From NCBI GenBank assembly GCA_964554495.1, contig CAZKOY010000012.1, forward strand, positions 1,665 to 65,664: a DNA stretch of 64,000 bases, read 5' to 3'. A program made the position numbers and the translations under genes. Below the pieces are notes generated by a model. The model worked only from the letters and a program-made list of their open reading frames with translations, was not told the DNA's origin and did no database searches. The DNA is from an uncultured Myxococcales bacterium. Lineage in GTDB: Bacteria > Myxococcota_A > Polyangia > Palsa-1104 > JAEUJZ01. This document shows, piece after piece, positions 36,081-45,805 of this stretch (the stretch's first letter is position 1; the number at the start of each line of letters is the position of its first letter).

Positions 36081-39000
36081 TTGCGAACCACTCCCACGCC
36101 CGCAGAGAGCAGGCTGGCGAAGTGACGACAGCTCACCATGTGTTGCTCGCTGGCTTGGCAGCAGTCACGAATGAAGTGCTCTCCGGCGCGAAGCTGGAAA
36201 CGCTCTGGGCTGAGCTGCAGCACGCTCATCTCGGGCTGCGGCAGGTGCAGCTCGTCATGCACGGTCTGGCAGCTCCGATCGGCGCGCGGTCGACGGATGG
36301 TCAGCCAGCTCAGCTTGCTGCCAAAGCGCCGCCAGGCATCGGCCCGCGACAGCCCCGCGGACGAATTTTGCAGGCTTGCCGCCGCGCTCCAGCGCCGCTT
36401 GAGGTAGTTCAGTCCCAAGGCTCGATCGGCCATGGCGTCGTCGGCGAGCAATAGCTCGCCAAGCAGGCTGCAGGCACGCATCGCAGCACTGCCTTGGCAG
36501 CGGCGCAGATCGGCGATCTGACGCAGGCGCTGGATGCCCTCGGACCGCGTGGCAGAAACCGCGGCCAGGCGCTGCGCCTCCTCGACTCGCTCCAGCTCGC
36601 TCGGCGTGCGCGTGGGACGTGTGCCCGCGGTTCCCACGGCAGGCTGCGGCCTCGGAGCATCCTGCGCTGCCGAGGGCGGATCCTGCCGAGTCCCCAGGTC
36701 AGCGCGCGGGGAAGACGGCGGCTCCGTCGATGGCTTCGGCGGGGCGATTGGGCCTCCGGCCTGGACGGGGCCTGCGGCAGACCCTGGCGATGGGGACTGG
36801 CCGGCCTCCGCTCGCTTTGCGGCGACGCTGGCGTTAAGCCCGGCTCGCAGACGCTGGGCGTACATGCGGACGCTGCCATCCTCATCACTCTGCAAGCGAT
36901 CGAGCAAGTCGAGCAGGCGCGGCGCTCGCGTGCGCGACCAGAGCTCGGCTGCGACCCGTGCTACTTGGCGACGGACGACCCCCGATAGATCGCGCCCCGC
37001 TCGCTCTAGCTCATGGATCGGCGGCGTGCCCGGTAGCGCACCCAAGATCTGCACCACTTGCACCCGCACATAGGCAGGATAGCTTCGCCCGAGCATGTCG
37101 ATCAGGTGACGTGGCGGGGCCTCGTCCTGCCCCAGTCGGCGCAGCAGCCAGTAGGCGATTAGCGACTCTTCTCCCTCGCGCGTGAGCATCTCGCGCAGCA
37201 CGGCGATGCCTTCCTTGCGGCCTCCGTCCGTCAAGCGGCGAGCCGCGAAAAAACGCACCCGCGGATCCGCGTCTTGCAGCGCCCGCAACAGCAGCGAATC
37301 CCGCGGTGACAAGAGCTCAATGAGCACGCGCTTTGCGACGGATGTGCCCGACGTGAGGGTCTGTTCCAGAGCCCGTTTTTGCCGGCCGTCGCCCAGCCAA
37401 TAAAGCAGCGTGCGCGCCACGCCTTGCGCCACTTCATCGTGGCTCTGCGACAGCAGGGAAAGCACCCGTTCGCGCAGCGCAGCGGCTTCGCTTTCAGGCG
37501 CGCTCTGTCCTTGCTGTTGCAGGGCATCCAGCAGGTACACGACGGCCTTCATCCCCGCGATCTGTGCATCGGTGTTGGCGTCGAGCAGCGCGTCCCGCAT
37601 CCAGCGCAGACGCGGCACCCAAGACTGCGCAGACAGCAGCCGCGAGCTTGCGTCCCGTACCCGCGGATCTTGGTCGCGCAGACCCGCCAAGAGCCAGCGC
37701 TTGCCGTCTTCTCCGGGGCCTTGGGCGGCTAGCTCGATGGCGCCGATGCGATCAGTTCCCCACAAGCCCGCGATCGCGGCATCCAGGCTAGAGCTCTGCT
37801 CGGCGATCTGCTCGGCGGGGCGACCGAGCGCTCGCAGCAGACTGCCGGCCAGTGTGACGCGCACCATCAGCGAGGCAGGGCTTTTCTCGGCCAGCAGATC
37901 GCTGATCGGTTCCAGGTGCTCAAACGGACAGAAGGCCACGTTGTCGGCTGCCTGTTTGCGCTCTAGCTCACTGCGCTCGCGGTCCGCCACCATCCCGCGC
38001 AAGAGCTCGCAGTCTGTCGTTATGCCGGCCAGCGCTACGTTTTGGCGCGCCACCACTCCGCGGTATTCCACATGCTGCTGTACGAAGCTCTCTGCCCACT
38101 TTTCTTGCTCGGGACGCAGGGCCTGGGCACGACGAAGCTGCGCCATCGCCTGCAGGGCATGCTCGGGAGTGTCGCGAAGCCGCGCGATCTGTTCCAGGGG
38201 TTCGCGCAGCTCGGGCCAGTCGTCATCCTGCCCTTCGGCTAGGCTGTGCAGCGCACGCAGGCGCTCGGGCGGGCTGATCTGTCGCGCGGTCAAGAGCCCG
38301 AGCAGGCTGGGTCGCAGCGGCCGCCGCTGCTCGGGTGCTGTCCGCAGATACAGCGCGGTCTGCAGCGCCAAGCGACGTCCCCAGGCCGGCGGTGTGTCCG
38401 CCATCAGTTGCGGTGACTTCTGAAAGATGTCGATCAGCTCACGCTCCGTCGAGTGCAAGGGCTCGACTTGTCCCCGCTGCAGCGACAACACGCACAGCAG
38501 GGCCCACCATTCGTGATCCGCAACGCGCCCATTTTGCTGACCGGCCCGCAGCCGTTCGCGCAGGGGCATCACGGCCCGCGGATCGCCCAGCTCGCTCAGC
38601 GCGAGCAGCGTCCCCTGCTGCACGACCTCGGAACTGTCGCTCAGCTGTCGCATCAGCAGATCGAAATAGCGCGGATCGCGTGAGCGTCCCAGTGCGCGGG
38701 CCGCCTCGGCGCGCAGCACAGGGTCGGTGCGCGGAGCGATCAAGACCCCTTCGAGCAGTCGCCGCGCTTGCTCACGCACTGCGGCTCGCCTGCGCTCGTC
38801 GGGGCGCTTGGGCTGGCTGGCCACGTACACCAGCCCGGCGATCACCAGCAGGGAAAGCAGACCTGCCGGAAGCAGCAGGGGATTGCGTCGGCGCTGCGGG
38901 CGCTGGATCTGCAGGATCTCTGCGCGCAGCACAGCAATCACCTGCGGCATGTCTGGTCGCAGCTGGGACTCGCCCTCCATCATCTGTGCGAGCAGCTGGG

Positions 39001-40723
39001 CCAGCCGCGGCGAGCTCTGTGCTGATCGGCCATCCGTCGGCAAGGCCTGCGCCTTTTTGCCCACGACCGAAAACGAGTTGGCCTCGCCAAACGGTGACCG
39101 CAGCGTCAGCATCTCGTAGATCAGCACGCCCAGCGCGAAGGTATCGGCCTTGCCGCTGACGCGACTAGCATCTCCGTACTGTTCTGGGGCCATATATGCG
39201 CAAGTCCCCATGACGGCCCCGGCTTCCGTCTGATCTTCCCGCTCAGAATCGTCTGGCCGCGTGGAATCCTGGCCCAGCTTGGCGATGCCGAAGTCGACGA
39301 TCTTGACGCGCAGCGTATCGGGTGCCAGCGGCTCTGCCAGCAGCATCAGATTGCTCGGCTTGATATCGCGATGCACGATGCCGCACTCGTGGGCTGCGGC
39401 TAGAGCCTGCGCGGCCTGCATGGCAATGGGCAGCGCCTCGCGCAGCGACAGCGGGTGCTGGCGACGAGCCAAGAGCGACTCCAGCGTGTCGCCGGGCAGG
39501 TATTCCATCACGATGTAGAGGAGGTCGTCTTCGACGCGCTGGCCGAACTCAAAGATTGAGACGACCCCCGGATGCTCAATGATGTTGACCGCGCGGGCTT
39601 CATCGAGGAAGCGCTTGACGTATTCGTTCCCCCCCATGCCCGCGGTCAGTTGGCGGCGAAGCACCTTGACGGCGGCCCGCGTGCCGATGACCACATGGCG
39701 CGCCTCATAGACTGCGCCCATCGCTCCTTTGCCGAGCAAGCGCAGCAAGCGGAAGCTGCCAAAGCACTGCCCGATAAGCGGGTCCCCGGCGTTGGCCGAG
39801 TCGCGCCCCTGGGTCGAGCCGACGGCTCGGGCATCCTTGATCCCGCTGAGCGTGGCAGGCACCAGCGTCAGGTTGTCGCGGGCCGAGCGCTGCCCGCTGA
39901 AGTCTCCCGACGTCAAGAGCGCATAGAGGCGCGTATTGACCTCGCTCATCGTCGGCCGCGTCGCTGGGTCTGCCCCCTGCATCGCCTGCAACAGCCCGCC
40001 CAGGGCCTGCGCCAGCGCCTGGTTGCGCTGCTGGCCGCGACCCCAGGGGGCTGCCGTCGCGCCCGCCATCGGAAGCTCCAGCCAGGCCCGTATCAGCGAC
40101 GCAAACCCATACACATCTGCAGCAGCCGGCAGGGCTGGGATGCCGCCGCCTGGTCGCTGCTCTGGGGCCAGCGCTGCCCGAGCGGCCGGGGCGAGTGCCT
40201 GCCCGTGGTCACCGAGCAGCTGATACCAGCCCAGACCCAGCAGCGCAGGCTGCAAGGTGCCGTCCGGCATCGCTCGCAGCAAGACCTGGCTCGGTCGAAG
40301 CAGCAGGTGATAGACCCCGTGCCGATGCGCCGCATCCAGACAGCCCGCCAGGCCCTGCAAGATGGCGAGTAGCTCGCCTGGGCCTAGCTTGGGCAGGTAG
40401 AGCGCGAGCGGCTGGCCCTCGATCCACTCGGTCGTTAGGTACGCCTGCCCAGCCACAGTCGTCCCGGACTGAAGCGGTAGCGGCACCAGGGGCAAAGCCA
40501 GCTTTTGCATCGCTTGCACATGTGCAGCCAGGCTTTGCAAGTTCTGCAAAGCCGCGTGCCCCCCCGCGGTCGGCAGGATGCGCAGAGCGACGCTCTGTCG
40601 ACTCTTGCTGTCCTCTGCGCGATAGAGCGCGCCATAGCACCCGTCGTGGACGTGCTGCAGAACGCGCAGCGAACCCATGCGCTCACCCGGTTGCAGAGCG
40701 TGTTCTGTGGACTCCCCTTTCAC
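36077..40723 (-). CDS. Pseudokinase - Ser/Thr kinase - TM - HEAT repeats - Pro-rich tail
   Basis: Domain 1 has HLLLRPSQ and LGLG where HRD and DFG are expected; domain 2 is intact (GKGAMGAVY, AVK, HRDIKPSN, DFG, APE); TM LLLPAGLLSLLVIAGLVYVA; HEAT-like LxDxDxxVRxxA repeats; RBS GAAAGGGAG. Confidence 0.88.
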   Translation of the reverse strand: MKGESTEHALQPGERMGSLRVLQHVHDGCYGALYRAEDSKSRQSVALRILPTAGGHAALQNLQSLAAHVQAMQKLALPLVPLPLQSGTTVAGQAYLTTEWIEGQPLALYLPKLGPGELLAILQGLAGCLDAAHRHGVYHLLLRPSQVLLRAMPDGTLQPALLGLGWYQLLGDHGQALAPAARAALAPEQRPGGGIPALPAAADVYGFASLIRAWLELPMAGATAAPWGRGQQRNQALAQALGGLLQAMQGADPATRPTMSEVNTRLYALLTSGDFSGQRSARDNLTLVPATLSGIKDARAVGSTQGRDSANAGDPLIGQCFGSFRLLRLLGKGAMGAVYEARHVVIGTRAAVKVLRRQLTAGMGGNEYVKRFLDEARAVNIIEHPGVVSIFEFGQRVEDDLLYIVMEYLPGDTLESLLARRQHPLSLREALPIAMQAAQALAAAHECGIVHRDIKPSNLMLLAEPLAPDTLRVKIVDFGIAKLGQDSTRPDDSEREDQTEAGAVMGTCAYMAPEQYGDASRVSGKADTFALGVLIYEMLTLRSPFGEANSFSVVGKKAQALPTDGRSAQSSPRLAQLLAQMMEGESQLRPDMPQVIAVLRAEILQIQRPQRRRNPLLLPAGLLSLLVIAGLVYVASQPKRPDERRRAAVREQARRLLEGVLIAPRTDPVLRAEAARALGRSRDPRYFDLLMRQLSDSSEVVQQGTLLALSELGDPRAVMPLRERLRAGQQNGRVADHEWWALLCVLSLQRGQVEPLHSTERELIDIFQKSPQLMADTPPAWGRRLALQTALYLRTAPEQRRPLRPSLLGLLTARQISPPERLRALHSLAEGQDDDWPELREPLEQIARLRDTPEHALQAMAQLRRAQALRPEQEKWAESFVQQHVEYRGVVARQNVALAGITTDCELLRGMVADRERSELERKQAADNVAFCPFEHLEPISDLLAEKSPASLMVRVTLAGSLLRALGRPAEQIAEQSSSLDAAIAGLWGTDRIGAIELAAQGPGEDGKRWLLAGLRDQDPRVRDASSRLLSAQSWVPRLRWMRDALLDANTDAQIAGMKAVVYLLDALQQQGQSAPESEAAALRERVLSLLSQSHDEVAQGVARTLLYWLGDGRQKRALEQTLTSGTSVAKRVLIELLSPRDSLLLRALQDADPRVRFFAARRLTDGGRKEGIAVLREMLTREGEESLIAYWLLRRLGQDEAPPRHLIDMLGRSYPAYVRVQVVQILGALPGTPPIHELERAGRDLSGVVRRQVARVAAELWSRTRAPRLLDLLDRLQSDEDGSVRMYAQRLRAGLNASVAAKRAEAGQSPSPGSAAGPVQAGGPIAPPKPSTEPPSSPRADLGTRQDPPSAAQDAPRPQPAVGTAGTRPTRTPSELERVEEAQRLAAVSATRSEGIQRLRQIADLRRCQGSAAMRACSLLGELLLADDAMADRALGLNYLKRRWSAAASLQNSSAGLSRADAWRRFGSKLSWLTIRRPRADRSCQTVHDELHLPQPEMSVLQLSPERFQLRAGEHFIRDCCQASEQHMVSCRHFASLLSAGVGVVRK

Positions 40724-40763
40724 GGATCTCTCCCTTTCAATCTACGTCCCGACGGCTTTGTTT

Positions 40764-40779
40764 TGCCAGAGAGATGCCA
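40764..40779 (-). promoter_or_regulatory. Possible sigma54 -24/-12 promoter for the pseudokinase-kinase gene
   Basis: Minus strand TGGCATC-TCTC-TGGCA: GG-N10-GC spacing is correct, but the -12 element is GGC rather than TGC. Confidence 0.3.
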
Positions 40780-40849
40780 ACGACCCCTGCAATGGGCCGC
40801 TTGCCCTGGCTCCGTCGCGGGCTGCGCAGAAAATCTCTGCACTTAGCGC

Positions 40850-40865
40850 TGGTATGCCGCATGCA
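40850..40865 (+). promoter_or_regulatory. Putative sigma54 -24/-12 promoter
   Basis: TGGTATG-CCGC-ATGCA versus consensus TGGCACG-N4-TTGCW; exact GG-N10-GC spacing; ~105 nt upstream of ATG 40969. Confidence 0.55.
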
Positions 40866-40968
40866 CAGCGTCTTCTTCCGCCCGCCGCGCAGCGTGATTC
40901 TTCTGGGCGCGCCCATGGGCGCCCATGCGCAGCCGGGCCTCAACCCTTCCAGATTCCAGGAGACGCCC

Positions 40969-42834
40969 ATGACCCGAATGCAGAAGAGCCTTTGCCTGCT
41001 TGGCCTGATTTCGTGGATGGCCGCTGTGGCCTCTTGCGGCGGCAGCGACAATCCCGACGGGGATGATCGCCTTGGGCCGGGCACCGTGCTCGGCAGCTTC
41101 CGCCTGGGACCGGCCGGTGGGCAGATCGCGCTGGACGGCGGGCATACCCAGGATCCGGCGCTGCAGGGCGTGCTGTTGCAGGTTCCGCCCGGTCTGATCC
41201 GCAGCGAGACCGTATTCACCATCGCGCAGATCGATCCCGCGCCGCCGCTGTCCGACCATGCCGAAGCCGTCGGGCCGACGCTGCGCATCACCGCCAAGCC
41301 GCCCTTGCCCCGCGGCGATGTCACCGTCTGGCTGCCGTATGAGCGCCAGCGCATCCACTACACCGACGCCTTCTTTGCCGCCCACAACGCCACGTCGCAG
41401 CCGCTTGAAAACCCGATGCAGCGCGTCGTGCTCAGCCAGCGCCCCGCCGTGCCGCTGGCGGTTCAAGAGCTTGGCTTGTTTCAGCTGCTCGTGCGCCGCC
41501 CAGATCCCGCAGTCATCATGTCGCTGCGCGACAACATCCGCGCCATTGATGTCCTATTCGTCATTGATAACTCGCCATCCATGGCCGATAAGCAGGGATT
41601 GCTAACATCAAAGATAAGTGTATTCGCCGAGAAGTTAATCGAATCTTTTAAGAAGATAAAAGATTACCACAAAAGCAATGGTCGAAGCCAAGAGTTAAGC
41701 ATCCATGTTGGCATTATTTCCACGAATGTCGGCATTGGCTATACCGCAGACCCAAGAATCTCACAGCTCAAGGACTGTACCAAAGACGGCGATGGCGGTA
41801 TGTTTCAACAAAAGTCATGTACGATGCGCGCCGATACAGCGAGCGATCCGCGCTGCACCAAGTATTGCGTGAATGAATATACCATAAATGATGGAAATCC
41901 ATTCATTCGTATCGAATCAGACAGTACTGGAGCAGTGTCAAGCAACATAAATCTTGCTGCTGCTGATAGTAAAGACATCAACAAGATCAGCGGTGCGTTT
42001 AGTACGATGATGTCCTGCCGCGCCTATCTTGGAGAGCACGGCTGCGGCCGAGAAGCTCCGTTTGAGGCGGTGCGTCGCGCGATCCAAAATAGCAAAGATT
42101 TTTTCCGCTATAACCGCGCACCCACGATGGATCTCAAGCGGAACTCAGATAACTCGCTGCTATTCCTTGTCCTGATATCAGACGAAGACGATCAGTCCCT
42201 GGCCGATCCAAGCAAGGCCGCGATGCTGTACGACTACAACACCACGCCTGGCACGTCGGGCGGAACCAAGCAGCCCAAGAACTTTCACTTGAACTTCCGC
42301 GGCTTTGCCATGAGCACAACCTGCAAAGAAGACTTCTTCAGCGCCGGAACGAAAAACGACTGCAAAGAAGATGCAAATCAGACATTCCTTTATCCTGTGC
42401 TCGGGCCCAAAGGCGCGATTCCAAGCGTGGTCAACGACATTATCGGCGCTGATCATAAGTACAATGTGCTTATGGCAGCCATTGTGCCACCAGGTCCCAT
42501 CAAGTTCTATGACGACACAGCGACGACCATGATGGTCTGGGATGATCTGTACGGTAAAATAAAGATCAACCCGGCAACGGTTGAGTTAGAGCTTGATCCT
42601 GCCCAGACGACCTGTGTGGCCACCGACCTGGACTGCCTGATTGAGAAACGTCATACCTGTACGACTCCTGGCGCGATGACGTATTCGGCGCAGCACCGAC
42701 TTAGCAAGTTTGCTTCGTTTGGCGCGCCCATGGGCGAAACGCTGGGCCCGCGGCAGAGTATCCAGGCCGATATCTGCGAAGAAAAAGAATACGAGCAAAT
42801 TCTGGCACTTCTGCCGCAGTCGCTCGGCCTGTAA
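40969..42834 (+). CDS. Lipoprotein with ZU5-like N-terminal domain and myxobacterial vWA-like domain
   Basis: ATG 40969 with CAGGAG RBS; lipobox VASC; IDVLFVIDNSPSM (DxSxS MIDAS), VGIIST, GEHGCGREAPFEA, LVLISDEDD. Confidence 0.75.
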   Translation: MTRMQKSLCLLGLISWMAAVASCGGSDNPDGDDRLGPGTVLGSFRLGPAGGQIALDGGHTQDPALQGVLLQVPPGLIRSETVFTIAQIDPAPPLSDHAEAVGPTLRITAKPPLPRGDVTVWLPYERQRIHYTDAFFAAHNATSQPLENPMQRVVLSQRPAVPLAVQELGLFQLLVRRPDPAVIMSLRDNIRAIDVLFVIDNSPSMADKQGLLTSKISVFAEKLIESFKKIKDYHKSNGRSQELSIHVGIISTNVGIGYTADPRISQLKDCTKDGDGGMFQQKSCTMRADTASDPRCTKYCVNEYTINDGNPFIRIESDSTGAVSSNINLAAADSKDINKISGAFSTMMSCRAYLGEHGCGREAPFEAVRRAIQNSKDFFRYNRAPTMDLKRNSDNSLLFLVLISDEDDQSLADPSKAAMLYDYNTTPGTSGGTKQPKNFHLNFRGFAMSTTCKEDFFSAGTKNDCKEDANQTFLYPVLGPKGAIPSVVNDIIGADHKYNVLMAAIVPPGPIKFYDDTATTMMVWDDLYGKIKINPATVELELDPAQTTCVATDLDCLIEKRHTCTTPGAMTYSAQHRLSKFASFGAPMGETLGPRQSIQADICEEKEYEQILALLPQSLGL

Positions 42835-42852
42835 GTCGGCATTTTTCGGGTC

Positions 42853-42868
42853 TGGCATAGCAAGTGCA
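42853..42868 (+). promoter_or_regulatory. Putative sigma54 -24/-12 promoter
   Basis: TGGCATA-GCAA-GTGCA; exact GG-N10-GC spacing; ~128 nt upstream of ATG 42996. Confidence 0.55.
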
Positions 42869-42995
42869 GTGGCTTAATGCCAGACCGACAACCCTGTATG
42901 TCGGTTCGCAAGGCCCTTTGGTATCGCCAGGGGGGCTCGATTGCGCAGTATGAATCCATGCCGCGCCCAAACGTGGGCTGCAAAGGGGAAGTCCT

Positions 42996-44813
42996 ATGCG
43001 TCAAGCTATGCGTAACCTGTTCGGCACCTCCTCGCTCGCTCTCGCCTCGCTGGTGGGAGGCTGCGGCACCGTCCTCGATATGCCCAAGACGACCGCACCG
43101 TTCGTCGAAGGCATTCAAGATCCCAGCTGGGTGACGCCGGCCGCCTATGTGAACAGCGATGCCCCAGCCGTGCTCGGGCGCAGCGGCCTTGCGGTCTCTG
43201 CCGACGGCAAGACGGCGCTGATCGCCGATCCAGATGACAACCGCCTGCTGTTTGCCCGGCTTCCCAGCGGGCCTGTGGCATCGATCCCGCTGGACGTACC
43301 GGGCAGCGCCCCGTTGCGACCGGTGCGCGACGCCAGCGGCACGTTTTATGTCGCGCTGGCCAACGCCGGACGCGTGGTCAGCGTGCGACCCGACGGCAGC
43401 CGTGGCCCATGGGGACCTGTCTGTCCGCAGCCGAGCAGCCTGGCCATCGACGAAGCCGACGGGCTGTGGGTGGCCTGTAGCCGCGGCCAGGTGATGCGTC
43501 TTGAGCGCGCAGGCGATCGTCTGAGCGTCGACCGCGTGCTATCGAGTCCGCTGTCGCAAGTCGCCGATCTGCAGATCGTCCAAGGCGAGCTTTGGCTGGC
43601 AAGTACGCGCAGCGCCACCGTGGCTCGTCTAACCCGCGACGGTAAGACGGTGTCCGTGCTGCGGCCGGGCGACTACCAAGCGGGCAGCCTACCCATGGTG
43701 CCGGCCGGCGTGTCGCGCATGATCAAGCTCGGCGACACTCGGCTGCTCATGGCCTATACCCAGCGCGTATCGCCGACGACTCTAAAGACGCCGCCCTATT
43801 ACGGCCCGCCGATTCCCATCATGCCGTTCTGGACGACGCTCAGCAGCAAAGAGCAGCAGGTCGGGATCGGTGTCACTCCTGGCGAAGCCACCGGGCCGCA
43901 GGACCTCGCTCTCAGCGAAAATGGCACATCCCTTCTGGCCATCGCGATCGGCAACGTGCCTATGCCAGGCAAGACCAGCCCCGAAGCGGGCCGCCCCCCT
44001 GCGTATGTCGCCAGCGTCGGAGCGGATGGCACGCTCGGCTCGGTGCGCCCGCTGCGCCCGAAGCTGGCCAGTGGTAAGGCGCTGTATCCGCTGGCCCTGG
44101 CGCCGCTGGGCAGCGACCAGTTCTTGCTTGTGGCGGATATGCCAGCCGCCCTGCACACCCTGCGCGCCGACGGCACCATCGTTTCCAGTCTGCCCCTGCC
44201 CGAGTCGCGCCTGCCGGCAGCCCAGCGCGAGGCCCGGACCGCCTTTTACACTGGCAACGCGCGTGGCCTGACCTGCGAGTCCTGTCACAGCCAAGGCGGC
44301 GAAGACGGTCACTTGTGGAGCACACCGAACAGCAGCGAAAAGCTGCGCACCATGTCCCTGTTTGGGCTGGCCAGCCGCTCGTCATTTCGCTGGGACGGCA
44401 GCGAGAGCTCGCTGCCTGAGCTCATCGAGAGTGACATGTCGCGCTTTGGCAATACGATCCGGCCCGAGCTAGCGGCCAACATCGCCACGTTCCTGCGCTC
44501 GCAGCGCCCGGCTTGGTCGCCGCCCGTCTCGCGACGTGAAGCCGAGCTGGCCGCGCGGGGGGCCGAGCTGTTTGCCAGTCACTGTTCCACCTGTCACAGC
44601 GGCGATGCCATGACCAATGGCCAGACGGCCAAGGTGCGCGGCAAAGAGCTCGTCGTGCCATCGCTCTTGCAGGCTTGGAAGCGAGCTCCCTATGGTCACG
44701 ATGGGCGCGCTCTGACGCTGTCCGCCTTCCTGCAGGATGCCACCGACACGGACCACTATGTGCCCGAGGCCAGCCGCCGCGACGCCCTGGTGACGTACGT
44801 TGATCACCTCTAG
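42996..44813 (+). CDS. Lipoprotein: beta-propeller (YVTN/YncE-like) fused to a di-heme cytochrome c (CcP/MauG-like)
   Basis: Lipobox VGGC; propeller-like repeats; CESCH and CSTCH; RT.SL, FRWDG, RGAELF, VPSL..W..APYGHDG, all typical of CcP-like di-heme domains. Confidence 0.8.
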   Translation: MRQAMRNLFGTSSLALASLVGGCGTVLDMPKTTAPFVEGIQDPSWVTPAAYVNSDAPAVLGRSGLAVSADGKTALIADPDDNRLLFARLPSGPVASIPLDVPGSAPLRPVRDASGTFYVALANAGRVVSVRPDGSRGPWGPVCPQPSSLAIDEADGLWVACSRGQVMRLERAGDRLSVDRVLSSPLSQVADLQIVQGELWLASTRSATVARLTRDGKTVSVLRPGDYQAGSLPMVPAGVSRMIKLGDTRLLMAYTQRVSPTTLKTPPYYGPPIPIMPFWTTLSSKEQQVGIGVTPGEATGPQDLALSENGTSLLAIAIGNVPMPGKTSPEAGRPPAYVASVGADGTLGSVRPLRPKLASGKALYPLALAPLGSDQFLLVADMPAALHTLRADGTIVSSLPLPESRLPAAQREARTAFYTGNARGLTCESCHSQGGEDGHLWSTPNSSEKLRTMSLFGLASRSSFRWDGSESSLPELIESDMSRFGNTIRPELAANIATFLRSQRPAWSPPVSRREAELAARGAELFASHCSTCHSGDAMTNGQTAKVRGKELVVPSLLQAWKRAPYGHDGRALTLSAFLQDATDTDHYVPEASRRDALVTYVDHL

Positions 44814-44886
44814 CGAGCACGCCACCGCCTGCACGGGGCCTGCGAAACACGGCGCGCAGCGAGACGAGCTGACTTGTAGACGCCCC

Positions 44887-45696
44887 TTAGGAAAACAGCG
44901 CGCGAAGGTGCTCGACCGCCAGAGTGGCTTCGCGCAGTTGTTTGCGCAGCCGCTCACTTTGCGACGTGTGCATGGCCTGAGTCGCGTCCTTCAACATCTG
45001 GGTCAGATCTTGGATCAGCTTGACAGCATCCCGCCTGCGCACGGCCGGCGACATCGTTGGATTGGGCGGCGAAACCCAGGGCTGCAGCAGCTCCAGTTCC
45101 TGCTTGAGCTGGGACTCGACGGCGCGCAGGCCGGCGCACTCTTTTTCGAGCTGCGCCACCTGGCTCCGCAGGTGCGAGACCACGCCCCCCTCGGCTTCGT
45201 GCGGTGGCTGGGGCACCCCCGCTATGGCGTCCAGCATCAGCGTGGGCAGATCGTGCAGCGCGGCCGCCGGCTCGTCGCTGGGCTCTGCGATCTCATCCGG
45301 CTCGTCTATCCCGACTGCGAGCCGCGTCGGCAGCGACCCCAGCGTCCGGCGAGAGCGCTTGATCTCAGTCGTCGCCGAGAGCGAGACCTGTGGCGTCGCC
45401 GCTTGCTGCCAGTACTGCAGGGTAACGGGGCCGATTTGCAGCTTGCCCGCGTCGACAAGTGCGGTTGGCGTCGCCGCGATCCGTCGGTCATCCAGCAGCA
45501 GCAGGTGCTCGGCCGACACGGGGGCCAGCCACCACTGCCCAGCGCGATAGGTCAGCTCGGCGTGCTGGCGAGACAGCGTCGGGTCGCTGAGCTGCACGGC
45601 ACACTCGGGCGCATTCCCCACCGCGCCCCCCGGTGGCTCAACGCATCGTTGTTCGCCCGTGTGATTGCCGCTAAGGACAAGAAGATTGAGCCGCAT
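44887..45696 (-). CDS. FHA domain protein with C-terminal coiled coil
   Basis: LSDPTLSRQHAEL, LQIGPVTL (FHA, with GN rather than GR); heptad segment LRSQVAQLEKECAGLRAVESQLKQELELL. Confidence 0.75.
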   Translation of the reverse strand: MRLNLLVLSGNHTGEQRCVEPPGGAVGNAPECAVQLSDPTLSRQHAELTYRAGQWWLAPVSAEHLLLLDDRRIAATPTALVDAGKLQIGPVTLQYWQQAATPQVSLSATTEIKRSRRTLGSLPTRLAVGIDEPDEIAEPSDEPAAALHDLPTLMLDAIAGVPQPPHEAEGGVVSHLRSQVAQLEKECAGLRAVESQLKQELELLQPWVSPPNPTMSPAVRRRDAVKLIQDLTQMLKDATQAMHTSQSERLRKQLREATLAVEHLRALFS

Positions 45697-45805
45697 AGGA
45701 CGAATCTACCTCGCGAAGGAAGGGCTATTCCCAAGACGGTGTATCGAACATCAGTTCACGAACCACGAGAAGCAAAAAAAGCAAACTCCTCACAAATACC
45801 GTGAT

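Noticed and set aside
40195-40968. N-terminal extension of ORF 40195..42834
   Set aside because: Overlaps the opposite-strand kinase and the promoter region; ATG 40969 has an RBS and lipobox.
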